From: Patescibacteria group bacterium
GTDB taxonomy: Bacteria; Patescibacteriota; Minisyncoccia; UBA6257; JAAZHW01
DNA: 64,000 bases
Assembly: GCA_026415775.1 (NCBI GenBank)
Contig: JAOAGL010000001.1
Span: forward strand, 270,233-334,232
Direction of reading: 5' to 3'
Numbering within the stretch: the stretch's first letter is position 1; the number at the start of each line of letters is the position of its first letter. The notes beneath the pieces are model-generated. The model had not been told where the DNA came from and ran no database searches. It saw only the letters and a program-made list of their open reading frames with translations. The position numbers and the translations under genes were made by a program. Positions 18,601-27,970 of this stretch are shown piece by piece.

Positions 18601-18629
18601 ATTATAGCAAAAAACATTTATTTTGTCAA
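18601..18629 (-). promoter_or_regulatory. Perfect-consensus sigma70 promoter driving the ncRNA
   Basis: TTGACA (18629-18624) N17 TATAAT (18606-18601) with extended -10 TGn. Confidence 0.85.
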
Positions 18630-18721
18630 TAATTGACTAAAACCAGATAAGATAGTAAAGTATTTTAAATTGAAACGGTAAAAACTATTTTATCAAAAAT
18701 AGAATACCAAGTCAAGGGAGT

Positions 18722-18730
18722 TGTGGATAA
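18722..18730 (-). promoter_or_regulatory. Consensus DnaA box upstream of ruvB
   Basis: TGTGGATAA, i.e. TTATCCACA on the - strand, intergenic. Confidence 0.5.
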
Positions 18731-18802
18731 CTTTTATAATCAAAAAATATCAATAGCAAATTGAAAAATACAGATGTTTTGTTATAATTTTAATAATGAG
18801 CT

Positions 18803-19816
18803 ATGTCAAAAAATATTTTTAAAGCTGATCCGATTTTGGACAATGCTCTACGTCCTAAAAAATGGAATGATTTTGTTGGCCAAGAAAAGGCAAAAGAAAA
18901 TTTACGAATAATGATTGAAGCGGCGCGAAAAAGAGCCGAAGCAATAGATCATTTGCTTTTTTATGGTTGCGCTGGTTTAGGGAAAACAACGCTTGCATAT
19001 TTAATCGCTCAGGAATTAGAAGCTAATTTGAAAATCACTTCAGGGCCAGCAATTGAAAAAGCAGCAGACCTCGCTTCGCTCTTAGCTAATTTAGACGAAG
19101 GAGATGTTTTGTTTATTGATGAAATACATCGTTTGAATAAAATGATTGAAGAAGTTTTATATTCTGCGATGGAATCAAGGGTTTTAAATTTAGTTTTAGG
19201 AAAAAAATCTTCAACGCGCGCAGTTCAAATTGATTTGCCGCCGTTTACTTTAATTGGAGCAACTACACGTATAGGATTATTATCTAGTCCTTTGCGTTCA
19301 CGTTTTGGAGCAATTTTTAAATTGGATTTTTATGAAGTTGAAGATATAAAGAAAATTTTGTCTAACAATGCGCGATTGCTAAATATTGGAATTACTGACA
19401 AAGCCAAAGAAATTTTAGCAAAAGCTAGCAGAGCTACGCCGCGAGTGGCAAATCGTTTATTAAAGCGTAGCCGAGATTTTGCTACGGTGGAAGGAAAAAA
19501 CGTCATTGATGAAGAAATTGCTCAAAAAACTTTGAAATTATTTGATATTGATGAATGGGGATTAGAATCAACTGACCGCCGTATTTTAGAAGTAATTATT
19601 GACCGTTTTAATGGCGGGCCAGTTGGTATAAAAGCTTTAGCGGCGGCCACAAACGAGGAAGAAGATACTATTGAGGAAATTTATGAGCCTTATTTAATGC
19701 GACTTGGATTATTAGAAAGAACCACACGCGGTCGTATTGTAAGCGAAGCGGGTTATAAACATTTAAATCTTTATCATTTAGCTCAAAAATCAGAGCAAAA
19801 GAAATTAATTGAATAA
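18803..19816 (+). CDS. ruvB: Holliday junction branch migration helicase RuvB
   Basis: LRPK, GLGKTTLA, TSGPA, LFIDEIHRL, PPFTLIGATTR, GGPVG, YEPYL. Confidence 0.97.
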   Translation: MSKNIFKADPILDNALRPKKWNDFVGQEKAKENLRIMIEAARKRAEAIDHLLFYGCAGLGKTTLAYLIAQELEANLKITSGPAIEKAADLASLLANLDEGDVLFIDEIHRLNKMIEEVLYSAMESRVLNLVLGKKSSTRAVQIDLPPFTLIGATTRIGLLSSPLRSRFGAIFKLDFYEVEDIKKILSNNARLLNIGITDKAKEILAKASRATPRVANRLLKRSRDFATVEGKNVIDEEIAQKTLKLFDIDEWGLESTDRRILEVIIDRFNGGPVGIKALAAATNEEEDTIEEIYEPYLMRLGLLERTTRGRIVSEAGYKHLNLYHLAQKSEQKKLIE

Positions 19817-19830
19817 AAAAGAATTTTAGT

Positions 19831-21159
19831 ATGAGGAATTTTAATTCTTTTACTAAGATTTCTTTTTTGATAATCATTTTTACTTTAATTTTTATTTCAA
19901 AGGCCCGTGCGACAGGACCAATAATTATTAATGAAATAATGTATGATTTGGAGGGGGCGGATAGTGGTTTGGAATGGGTAGAGTTGAAAAATATTTCCAG
20001 CGAGCCAGTTGATTTAACTGGTTGGAAATTTAATGACGGGAGCAATCATCTATTAAATATTCCTCCAAAAAATGGTGGACAAGGAGGGATGGTAATTTCG
20101 CCTCAAGGCTTTGCTATTTTAGCTGATAAAGCGGATTTATTTTTACAAAATCATCCGAATTTTTTAGGAACAGTGATAGACACAGCAATGAGTTTAAATA
20201 ATACTGCTGCTACTCTTAGATTAATTGATAATAACGGCAATATTGTTGAAGAAGCTTCTTATATTAAAACGCAAGGAGGGAATGGTAATGGTTTTTCTTT
20301 GGAAAGAGTTAGTGATAATGTTTCTGAATTTTGTGAATCTAATATTTTAGGCGGTACGCCTGGCCAGGAAAATAATTTTAATTGCAATAAAGTGAAAGAA
20401 ATCAAATCTTCGCCAACACTTTCACCAACTAATGGCAATAATGAATTATTGACTTCTTCGCCAAGTTTTATAATCCAAGACGAAGACAATCAATCAAGCG
20501 ACCAAAGTATAATACCAACACCCACTGCTACCCCTATAAGAGTGCGATTAATTATAAATGAATTTTTACCTAATCCGATTGGTAATGACCAAGAAGGGGA
20601 ATGGATTGAAATTTTTAATGATAGCGAGATAGACATTCCATTAAGAGGGTGGCGACTAGAGGATGCAAGCGGACAAAAATATTATTTTAAGGACGAAATT
20701 ATTCAGCCAAAAAACTTTTTAGTTTTAACGTATAAAACTACCAAAATTACTTTAAATAATAATGGAGAAACATTAAGTTTATATTCGCCAAATAATGAAT
20801 TAGCCTTTCAAATCAGTTATTCGGGCAATGCCGAAGAAGGATTTTCTTATGCACGAGCTGCGGCGAATAATTGGAAATGGACTTCAATTGTAACACCAGG
20901 CAAAGTTAATCAGTTTGATAAAGAAGAGGTTGCTGATAAAAATATTCAACAAAAATTTGATATTGAAGCTATTGTTGAGAATAATTCAGAAAATAATCAA
21001 AGAAGCGTAACTCTATCAACATCGCAGAGCAACCCTCCCGCTATTAATCAAAAAAATCAAAGTAGTAATTTCTCGGAAAAAATTATTTTGTTAATAATTG
21101 GCGTTGGCGTAGTTTTTAGTATTGCCTCAGCAATTTTTATTAAAAAAGTTTTACCCTAA
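19831..21159 (+). CDS. Surface protein with two lamin-tail domains and C-terminal TM anchor
   Basis: Signal peptide; two IIINEI/F...EWVEL.N..DL.GW...TPG..N repeats; C-terminal hydrophobic helix. Confidence 0.85.
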   Translation: MRNFNSFTKISFLIIIFTLIFISKARATGPIIINEIMYDLEGADSGLEWVELKNISSEPVDLTGWKFNDGSNHLLNIPPKNGGQGGMVISPQGFAILADKADLFLQNHPNFLGTVIDTAMSLNNTAATLRLIDNNGNIVEEASYIKTQGGNGNGFSLERVSDNVSEFCESNILGGTPGQENNFNCNKVKEIKSSPTLSPTNGNNELLTSSPSFIIQDEDNQSSDQSIIPTPTATPIRVRLIINEFLPNPIGNDQEGEWIEIFNDSEIDIPLRGWRLEDASGQKYYFKDEIIQPKNFLVLTYKTTKITLNNNGETLSLYSPNNELAFQISYSGNAEEGFSYARAAANNWKWTSIVTPGKVNQFDKEEVADKNIQQKFDIEAIVENNSENNQRSVTLSTSQSNPPAINQKNQSSNFSEKIILLIIGVGVVFSIASAIFIKKVLP

Positions 21160-21160
21160 A

Positions 21161-23743
21161 TTATTTTAAATCAGCTAATGTTTTTCCGATGGAGGACTGG
21201 ACTTGAAGAGGAACTGAGAGCCAATTGTTTTGTTCCATTATTTTTTGAATCTCATTTTTTATTGTTTCAATTTTTTCTTCCCTTACTTCAAAAATTAATT
21301 CATCATGAATTTGTAATAGAAGACGCACATCATTTTCTAAATTATTTTTTAATATAAATTGATGGATTTGAATCATCGCATTTTTAATAATGTCAGCGGC
21401 TAATCCTTGAATGGGAAAATTGATGGCAGCGCGCTCAGCCAAGCTACGATATTTTTGATTTCCGGAAATTAAATCATATACCCAGCGGATGCGTCCAGTT
21501 AAAGTTTTGACACAACCAGTTTGTTGGGCTTCGGCTAGGATATTAATTTGCCACTGACGAATATTAGCGAAATCATGATAATATTCGTCAATAAATTTTT
21601 TAGCTTCTTCTTTGGAAATGCCAGCTGTTTCACTAAAAGCCTTTGCACCCATTCCATAAAGAACCCCAAAGTTTAATGTTTTTGCTTGACGTCTCATTTC
21701 TGCTGTAACTTTATCAGGTGAGGTATTATTAATTTCTGCTGCGGTAATTGTATGGATATCGCCATTTTCCCAAAAAACTTTTTTCATTTTAGGATCGTCT
21801 GATAGGGAAGCAGCGATTCGTAATTCAATTTGGGAATAATCGAAACCGAGAAAGAGATGGCCTTTCTCGGCAACAAATCCTTTTCGAATTTTTTTCGCCC
21901 ACTCGCTTTCAATGGGTATGTTTTGAAGATTTGGATTTTCCGAAGAAAGTCGGCCAGTGGCCGTTCCTGTTTGATTATAAGTGGTGTGAAGCCGCGAATT
22001 TTTATCAACCATTAATGGTAGGGGTTCCAAATAAGTTGTTTTTAATTTCATTAATTCTCGATGTTGAAGAATAAGGGAGATAATAGGATGGACATCTTTG
22101 AGTTTTATAAGTTCTTCTTCGCGCGTTGAAAGGAGGCCAGTTGAGGTTTTGCTCAATTTTTTGTTAGTAATTTTTAAGTGATTAAAAAGAATGTCCGAAA
22201 GCTGTTTTGGAGAATTAAGATTGAATTCTTTTTGGGTAATGGCAAAAATTTGTTGAGTAATTTTTTGAATTTCATTTTCGACTTCATTATTTAATTTTTT
22301 AAAATGGTCAACATCAATTTTTATACCGTAATTTTCCATTTGGGCCAAAACAGGAATTAACGGCATTTCAATTTCTGAAAAAACCTTTTTAAGACCTAAT
22401 TCGTTTATTTTTTCTCGTTGCTTTTCGTATATTTTTTGAACAACCTCTAAATTGTTAATAGGGGGGAGGGGTTGTTTGAAAAGGTTATGCCAGATTTTTT
22501 GGAGAGAATAATCTTTTATTTCGGAGTTAATCAACCATTGAGCAACTTTTATATCATAAAGACCAACTTGATTAAAAAGACCCAAAGTTTTTATAAGATT
22601 TTTTAAATCGTACCCGATAATAACTTTTTCTTTTAAATATCGGGACAAGTCAAAATCTAAAACATCGATTGAGCCTTTAAAAAAACTAGTGCCATCAAAA
22701 ATTTCTAATTCGTTATTTTCAAAAAAAATAAAAATTTCATTTGGAGAGGAAGAAAGAATTTTTTTAAGAGGAAGCCAATTAATTGTAGAGGTGGTAGAAA
22801 ATTCTATACTATTCGCTAATTTTTCTTTGGATTGTTCACCGCTATTTTTCAGTTGATTAATTAAACTTTCAAATTTCCATTCATGAAAAAGAGGCATGAC
22901 TTTTTCTTTGTCAATATCATTGAATTTTAATTCTTCAAGATTTTGAATTTCGATCGGCGCTTCACAATTGAGCGTGGCCAGATATTTGCTAAAAAAAGCA
23001 CCCTCTTTTTGTTCTAAAAGAAGACTTAAAATTTTTGGTTTAATAATTTTAGCTTTTTCGGATTGTGTAAAATCTTCTTTTTCTATTTCTTGATATAAAT
23101 TTTCCAGAGAAGAGAAATTTTTTATTAATTCAATAGCGGTTTTTTCGCCGATACCTTTAACTCCTAAAATGTTGTCAGAAGGGTCACCCTTAAGAGCTTT
23201 GAAATCAACTAATTGAGCGGGGACTAATCCTTCATATCGTTGTTTAACCAAATCCTCGTTATAAATAATAGTATCTTGAATGCCTTTTTTCATTGTATAA
23301 ACTACTACCTTGTCATTTTGAACTAATTGCAAAGTATCTAAATCACCAGTTAAAATAATGATTTTTAAATCTTTTTCAGCGGAGAACTTTTTTACTAAAG
23401 TGCCGATTAAATCATCAGCCTCATAACCGGGCAATTCAAAGTATTTAATTTTTGCCTTTTCAAAGAATTCTTTAATTTTTTGAAATTGAGAAATTAATGC
23501 TTCGTCGGTTTTGGGACGTTTTGCCTTATATTCTTTGTATTCTTTGTGGCGAAAGGTGGGTTCGGCCAAGTCAAAACAAGCCGCTAAGTAATCCGGTTTT
23601 AATTCTTTAATAATTTTGAATAAAATCCGAATAGTGCCATAAACCGCACCTATTGGTTCGTTTTTTGGCGTGGTTAAATTAGGCAAGGCATGATAGCAGC
23701 GATGAATTAAAGCGTGAGAATCAATTAAAACGAGGGTCTTCAT
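21161..23743 (-). CDS. polA: DNA polymerase I
   Basis: 5'-3' exonuclease (LID, YEADD, GDPSDN), TGRLSS.NPNLQNIP, DYSQIELR, KTLNFGVLYG, LQIHDEL. Confidence 0.97.
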   Translation of the reverse strand: MKTLVLIDSHALIHRCYHALPNLTTPKNEPIGAVYGTIRILFKIIKELKPDYLAACFDLAEPTFRHKEYKEYKAKRPKTDEALISQFQKIKEFFEKAKIKYFELPGYEADDLIGTLVKKFSAEKDLKIIILTGDLDTLQLVQNDKVVVYTMKKGIQDTIIYNEDLVKQRYEGLVPAQLVDFKALKGDPSDNILGVKGIGEKTAIELIKNFSSLENLYQEIEKEDFTQSEKAKIIKPKILSLLLEQKEGAFFSKYLATLNCEAPIEIQNLEELKFNDIDKEKVMPLFHEWKFESLINQLKNSGEQSKEKLANSIEFSTTSTINWLPLKKILSSSPNEIFIFFENNELEIFDGTSFFKGSIDVLDFDLSRYLKEKVIIGYDLKNLIKTLGLFNQVGLYDIKVAQWLINSEIKDYSLQKIWHNLFKQPLPPINNLEVVQKIYEKQREKINELGLKKVFSEIEMPLIPVLAQMENYGIKIDVDHFKKLNNEVENEIQKITQQIFAITQKEFNLNSPKQLSDILFNHLKITNKKLSKTSTGLLSTREEELIKLKDVHPIISLILQHRELMKLKTTYLEPLPLMVDKNSRLHTTYNQTGTATGRLSSENPNLQNIPIESEWAKKIRKGFVAEKGHLFLGFDYSQIELRIAASLSDDPKMKKVFWENGDIHTITAAEINNTSPDKVTAEMRRQAKTLNFGVLYGMGAKAFSETAGISKEEAKKFIDEYYHDFANIRQWQINILAEAQQTGCVKTLTGRIRWVYDLISGNQKYRSLAERAAINFPIQGLAADIIKNAMIQIHQFILKNNLENDVRLLLQIHDELIFEVREEKIETIKNEIQKIMEQNNWLSVPLQVQSSIGKTLADLK

Positions 23744-23752
23744 AGCTTATTA

Positions 23753-24208
23753 TTAAAAATTAAAAGTTATTTCACGGATGTTTTTGTTAATAATTTTAAA
23801 TTTTATCCATACAGTTTCTCGAGGGATTATTTTTTTTATTTTTTCTGGCCATTCAATAAAGATAAGATTTGTTGGATTGGAAAAAACATCGTTAATTCCC
23901 AAGTTTTTAATTTCTGAAATTTTTTCTAAACGATAGCAATCAATGTGGTAAAGTTTTTTAAAAAAACATCTTTTGTTAATTTTAAAATCTTTGATAATAA
24001 CAAAAGTGGGACTTAAAATTGGTTGTTTAATTTTTAATGCTTTGGCAACGCCTTGGACAAAATTTGTTTTACCGACGCCTAAATTTCCTGAAAGAGCGAA
24101 GATGTGAGGGGGTGCAAATTTTTTCTGAGCGAGAAAAGTTTTTACTAAAACGTTGGCAATTTTTTTAGTTTCTTGCGGAGAATAACTTTTTAGAACAACT
24201 TTTTTCAT
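23753..24208 (-). CDS. tsaE: tRNA t6A37 biosynthesis ATPase TsaE
   Basis: LSGNLGVGKT, SPTF, YHIDCYRL, IEWPE; likely start is ATG 24208. Confidence 0.93.
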   Translation of the reverse strand: MKKVVLKSYSPQETKKIANVLVKTFLAQKKFAPPHIFALSGNLGVGKTNFVQGVAKALKIKQPILSPTFVIIKDFKINKRCFFKKLYHIDCYRLEKISEIKNLGINDVFSNPTNLIFIEWPEKIKKIIPRETVWIKFKIINKNIREITFNF

Positions 24209-24276
24209 AATAAGTTTATTATAACACAAAAATTTTTAACTTGTATTTTCCGAATATTTTTGTTTAAATATAAACG

Positions 24277-25554
24277 ATGACTGAATTTTTTGAGATTGAA
24301 GGTGGAAAAAAATTAAGAGGGGAATTAACAGTGGCTGGCAGTAAAAATGCAGCCTTAGCCATTTTGCCGGCGTGCCTTTTAACGGATGAGCCATGCATTA
24401 TTAAAAATGTTCCGCTTTTGACGGATGTATTAGTAATGATAGATTTAATTAAAAGTTTGGGCGCAGAAGTAGAATGGTTAGATGATAAAGTGGTAAAAAT
24501 TCAAGCGAAAAATTTAAATTCCAACGCCGATACAGTTTTGGTTAGAAAAATTCGCGCTTCAATTTTAATTGCGGGACCGATTTTGGCACGGTTGGGCGAG
24601 TTAAAAATTGCTAAACCCGGCGGCTGTCACATTGGCGTGCGCGGATTAGATGCTCATTTTGAAGGATTTAAAGATTTGGGAATTGAATTAATTGAAGAAA
24701 GAAGTGAAAAAGAAAAATATTATTTAAAAACGCCAGCGCAATTAAAACCAGCTAATATTTATTTAAATGAATTTAGTGTGACTGCTACGGAAAATTTGTT
24801 GATGCTTTTGTCTTCTATTGATGGAAGAAGCGAGATTCATTTAGCGGCGGCCGAGCCCCATGTTCAGGAATTGGGTGAGGTATTAATAAAAATGGGTGCA
24901 GAAATTGAAGGTTTAGGCACGCATACCATTAAAATAAAAGGCGCGCAAAAATTAAAGGGAATTGAACATACAATTGGAGCTGATTATATTGAAGCAGGCA
25001 CTTTTTTCAGTTTGGCGGCCACAACAAGAAGCAATTTGAAAATTTTAAATGTTCCCGTGGGGTATTTAGAAATGGTTTTTAGAAATTTGAAAAAAATAGG
25101 CGTTTCGTATAAAATAGAAGGCGACGCAGTATTCATCGAAGGAGAGCGAAGCTCTTTGAAAGCAGCGAAAATCCAAACTTTACCTTATCCTGGTTTCCCA
25201 ACAGATTTACAGGCGCCTTTTGCCGCCTTAATGACGCAAGCAGAAGGAGAAAGTTTGATTTTTGATACTTTATTTGAGGGGCGATTTAAATATGTTGAGG
25301 AATTAACTCAAATGGGCGCTAAAATTTTTGTTTGCGACCCCCATCGAATTATTGTTTCCGGCCCAACTCCTTTATATGGAACAAAAATCAAAAGTTTTGA
25401 TTTAAGAGCGGGCGCTACATTAATTATCGCGGCCTTGGCAGCCTCAGGAAAAAGTGAGGTTTATGGAATTGAACAAGTTGATCGCGGTTATGAAAAAATA
25501 GAAGAGCGATTGCAATCTATCGGCGCACATATTAAAAGAGTCGTTCAGGAGTAA
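24277..25554 (+). CDS. murA: UDP-N-acetylglucosamine 1-carboxyvinyltransferase
   Basis: GSKNAAL, RASIL, PGGCHIG.R, PYPGFPTDLQ, DLRAGA, DRGYE. Confidence 0.97.
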   Translation: MTEFFEIEGGKKLRGELTVAGSKNAALAILPACLLTDEPCIIKNVPLLTDVLVMIDLIKSLGAEVEWLDDKVVKIQAKNLNSNADTVLVRKIRASILIAGPILARLGELKIAKPGGCHIGVRGLDAHFEGFKDLGIELIEERSEKEKYYLKTPAQLKPANIYLNEFSVTATENLLMLLSSIDGRSEIHLAAAEPHVQELGEVLIKMGAEIEGLGTHTIKIKGAQKLKGIEHTIGADYIEAGTFFSLAATTRSNLKILNVPVGYLEMVFRNLKKIGVSYKIEGDAVFIEGERSSLKAAKIQTLPYPGFPTDLQAPFAALMTQAEGESLIFDTLFEGRFKYVEELTQMGAKIFVCDPHRIIVSGPTPLYGTKIKSFDLRAGATLIIAALAASGKSEVYGIEQVDRGYEKIEERLQSIGAHIKRVVQE

Positions 25555-25565
25555 TAAAAAATTTT

Positions 25566-26573
25566 ATGTTTATTAAAAAAATAGGAATTGATTTAGGAAC
25601 AACAAATACCCTAGTGTTTGTACCTAAAAAGGGCGTTATTATTTTTGAACCGACAATTGTTGCTTATGATTTGCACGATAATAAAATTTTAGCCGTTGGA
25701 AAAGAAGCGAAGGAAATGCTTGGTAGAACGCCAGAAGACATTGGCGCTTATCGACCGTTGAAAGAGGGAGTGATTGCTGATTATAAAACGACTAAGGCGA
25801 TGTTAAAATACTTTATTTCTAAAGCTTTAGGCGGTTTTAATTTTTTTAAACCAACTTTAATCGTTTCTGGTCCGGCGGGTATTACTTCAACTGAAAGACG
25901 GGCGGTGATAAATGCGGCTTTAGAAGCGGGCGCAAGAGAGGTCTATGTGGTAAGAGAACCGATTTTAGCAGCATTGGGCGCTGGCATTCCTATTAATTCT
26001 GCTTCGGGTCATATGATTGTAAATATAGGCGGTGGTACAACAGAGGTGGCGGTAATTTCTTTAGGCGGAATTGTTTCTTGGGCGTCTTTGCGAGTTGCGG
26101 GCAATAAATTTGATGAGGCGATTGTTAATTATGTGAGAAAAAAATACAATTTAGCAATTGGCGAGCAAACAGCGGAAAAAATTAAAATTGAGGCTGGAGC
26201 TGCTGTGCCGTTAAAAAATAAAATCGAAACCGAAGCAAAAGGAAGAGATTTAACAACTGGATTGCCTCGCTCAATAGTCATTAATTCAAATGAAATTGCT
26301 GAAGCAATTAATCCTTATTTAGAAGAGATTGGGGAAGCAATTCGTAATGTTTTTTTGAATACCCCACCCGAATTAGCGGCTGATATTATCGAAAAAGGTA
26401 TTGTTATTTCAGGTGGAAGCGGTTTATTAAGAAATCTCGACGAATTTATTTCAAAAATTACCGGCGTCAATGCCTATATTGCTGATGAAGCGCTTTATTG
26501 TGTAGCAAAAGGAACGGGTATTATTTTGGAGCACATCGATATTTATAAACGCGCTTTATTAAGCAAAAAATAA
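25566..26573 (+). CDS. mreB: MreB/Mbl actin-like protein (paralog 1)
   Basis: GIDLGT, RPLKEGVIAD, NIGGGTTEVAVISLGG, TPPELAADI. Confidence 0.92.
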   Translation: MFIKKIGIDLGTTNTLVFVPKKGVIIFEPTIVAYDLHDNKILAVGKEAKEMLGRTPEDIGAYRPLKEGVIADYKTTKAMLKYFISKALGGFNFFKPTLIVSGPAGITSTERRAVINAALEAGAREVYVVREPILAALGAGIPINSASGHMIVNIGGGTTEVAVISLGGIVSWASLRVAGNKFDEAIVNYVRKKYNLAIGEQTAEKIKIEAGAAVPLKNKIETEAKGRDLTTGLPRSIVINSNEIAEAINPYLEEIGEAIRNVFLNTPPELAADIIEKGIVISGGSGLLRNLDEFISKITGVNAYIADEALYCVAKGTGIILEHIDIYKRALLSKK

Positions 26574-26574
26574 A

Positions 26575-27333
26575 ATGAATTTTGACAAATATTTTAATAA
26601 AATAATAGAAAACAATAAAATTGATGGAGGTTGGTTGTTTTTGTGTATTGATATTGAAAAAAGCTTTAAAAAAGCACTTGAATTAGCTCGGCTAATTACT
26701 AATCCCTATTTAATTTATATAATTGCTGATAGCGATTCATTACAAGAAATAAAAGAAAATTATCAAATATTTGAGCCTGGCATTAAAAGCATTATAGACA
26801 TTCAAAAACTTTTATATTTATCTACTGAAGAAAAAAAAGTTTTAATTATAAAATCGGTTGAATCTTTGTCGCTTGAGGCTCAAAATGCGCTTTTAAAAAT
26901 TACCGAAGAGCCGCCGCCTCGAACTTCATTTTTCTTTATTAGCAATGATGAGAATAGTATTTTGCCAACTCTTTTGTCGCGTTTAAGAATAATTAGAATT
27001 CCACTTTTGCCGAAAGATGGATTTTATCGCAAAAGAATCAGCAATGATTTAAAAAAAGGCATTGAACAAAAAAATTTACTGCCAATTTATCTAAAAGAAT
27101 TTTTAGGAGAAAATGAAATTGATTTTATGGAAAATTTAATTGTTTTGTTTCGCGACCAAATGCTTAATAAATTTAATATTGTAAATTATAAATACACTGA
27201 TGCCAAAGGCGAAGTTAGCGGAGATATAATTAAAATGGCCATTAAAGCGCTTGAGGGTATGAAATATGCTAATTTAAATCCTCGCCTGCAAATAGAAAAT
27301 ATACTGTTAAATATATTTAAGAAGGATTTTTAA
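26575..27333 (+). CDS. holB: DNA polymerase III delta-prime-like subunit (divergent)
   Basis: AQNALLKITEEPP and ILPTLLSR motifs; N-terminal P-loop and zinc region degenerate. Confidence 0.75.
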   Translation: MNFDKYFNKIIENNKIDGGWLFLCIDIEKSFKKALELARLITNPYLIYIIADSDSLQEIKENYQIFEPGIKSIIDIQKLLYLSTEEKKVLIIKSVESLSLEAQNALLKITEEPPPRTSFFFISNDENSILPTLLSRLRIIRIPLLPKDGFYRKRISNDLKKGIEQKNLLPIYLKEFLGENEIDFMENLIVLFRDQMLNKFNIVNYKYTDAKGEVSGDIIKMAIKALEGMKYANLNPRLQIENILLNIFKKDF

Positions 27334-27390
27334 CTTTAAAAAATGGGTTATAATTAAAAAGGATTTGCGGTCGAATCTAATTTTTAAAAA

Positions 27391-27954
27391 ATGATAATAA
27401 ATCAATTAATAGAAAAATTTAAAAAGGAAGGACAAAGTGTTTTGGATAATTTTAAAATTGAACTTGCTGGCATTAGATCAAATAGACCCCAACCAGCCCT
27501 GATTGAAAATTTAAAAGTTGAATGCCCTTCATATGGTTCTATTTTGCCATTAAAACATATCGCTTCTATTCAAGTAAGTTTACCAAATAGTTTAATTGTG
27601 CAGGTTTGGGATAAAAGCAATGTTAATGCCTGTGAAAAAGCTATTCAAGCGGCTAATTTAGGGGTCACAACCGCAATCGAAGGTTCGCAAATCAGAGTGA
27701 TTTTGCCGCCATTGTCCCAAGAACGTCGCGAACAAATTTTTCAATTAGTAAAGAAGAAAGCCGAAGAAGCCAAAATTCATTTAAGAGGAAAAAGAGAAGA
27801 TATATTAAAAGAAATGAAAGAATTGTTTGAAAATAAAAAAATTACCGAAGACGACAAATATCGAGGCAAAGATGAATTGCAGAAGGTAATTGATATTTTT
27901 AATGAAGAAATTGAAAAAATTGTAGAAAACAAAAAGAAAGAATTATACGAATAA
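27391..27954 (+). CDS. frr: Ribosome recycling factor
   Basis: IRSNR, VQVWD, PPLSQERR, ITEDD. Confidence 0.93.
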   Translation: MIINQLIEKFKKEGQSVLDNFKIELAGIRSNRPQPALIENLKVECPSYGSILPLKHIASIQVSLPNSLIVQVWDKSNVNACEKAIQAANLGVTTAIEGSQIRVILPPLSQERREQIFQLVKKKAEEAKIHLRGKREDILKEMKELFENKKITEDDKYRGKDELQKVIDIFNEEIEKIVENKKKELYE

Positions 27955-27970
27955 GCATTAATTAATTTTT

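Noticed and set aside
18633-18800. Replication origin
   Set aside because: Only one perfect DnaA box here, no box cluster, and no dnaA or dnaN nearby.
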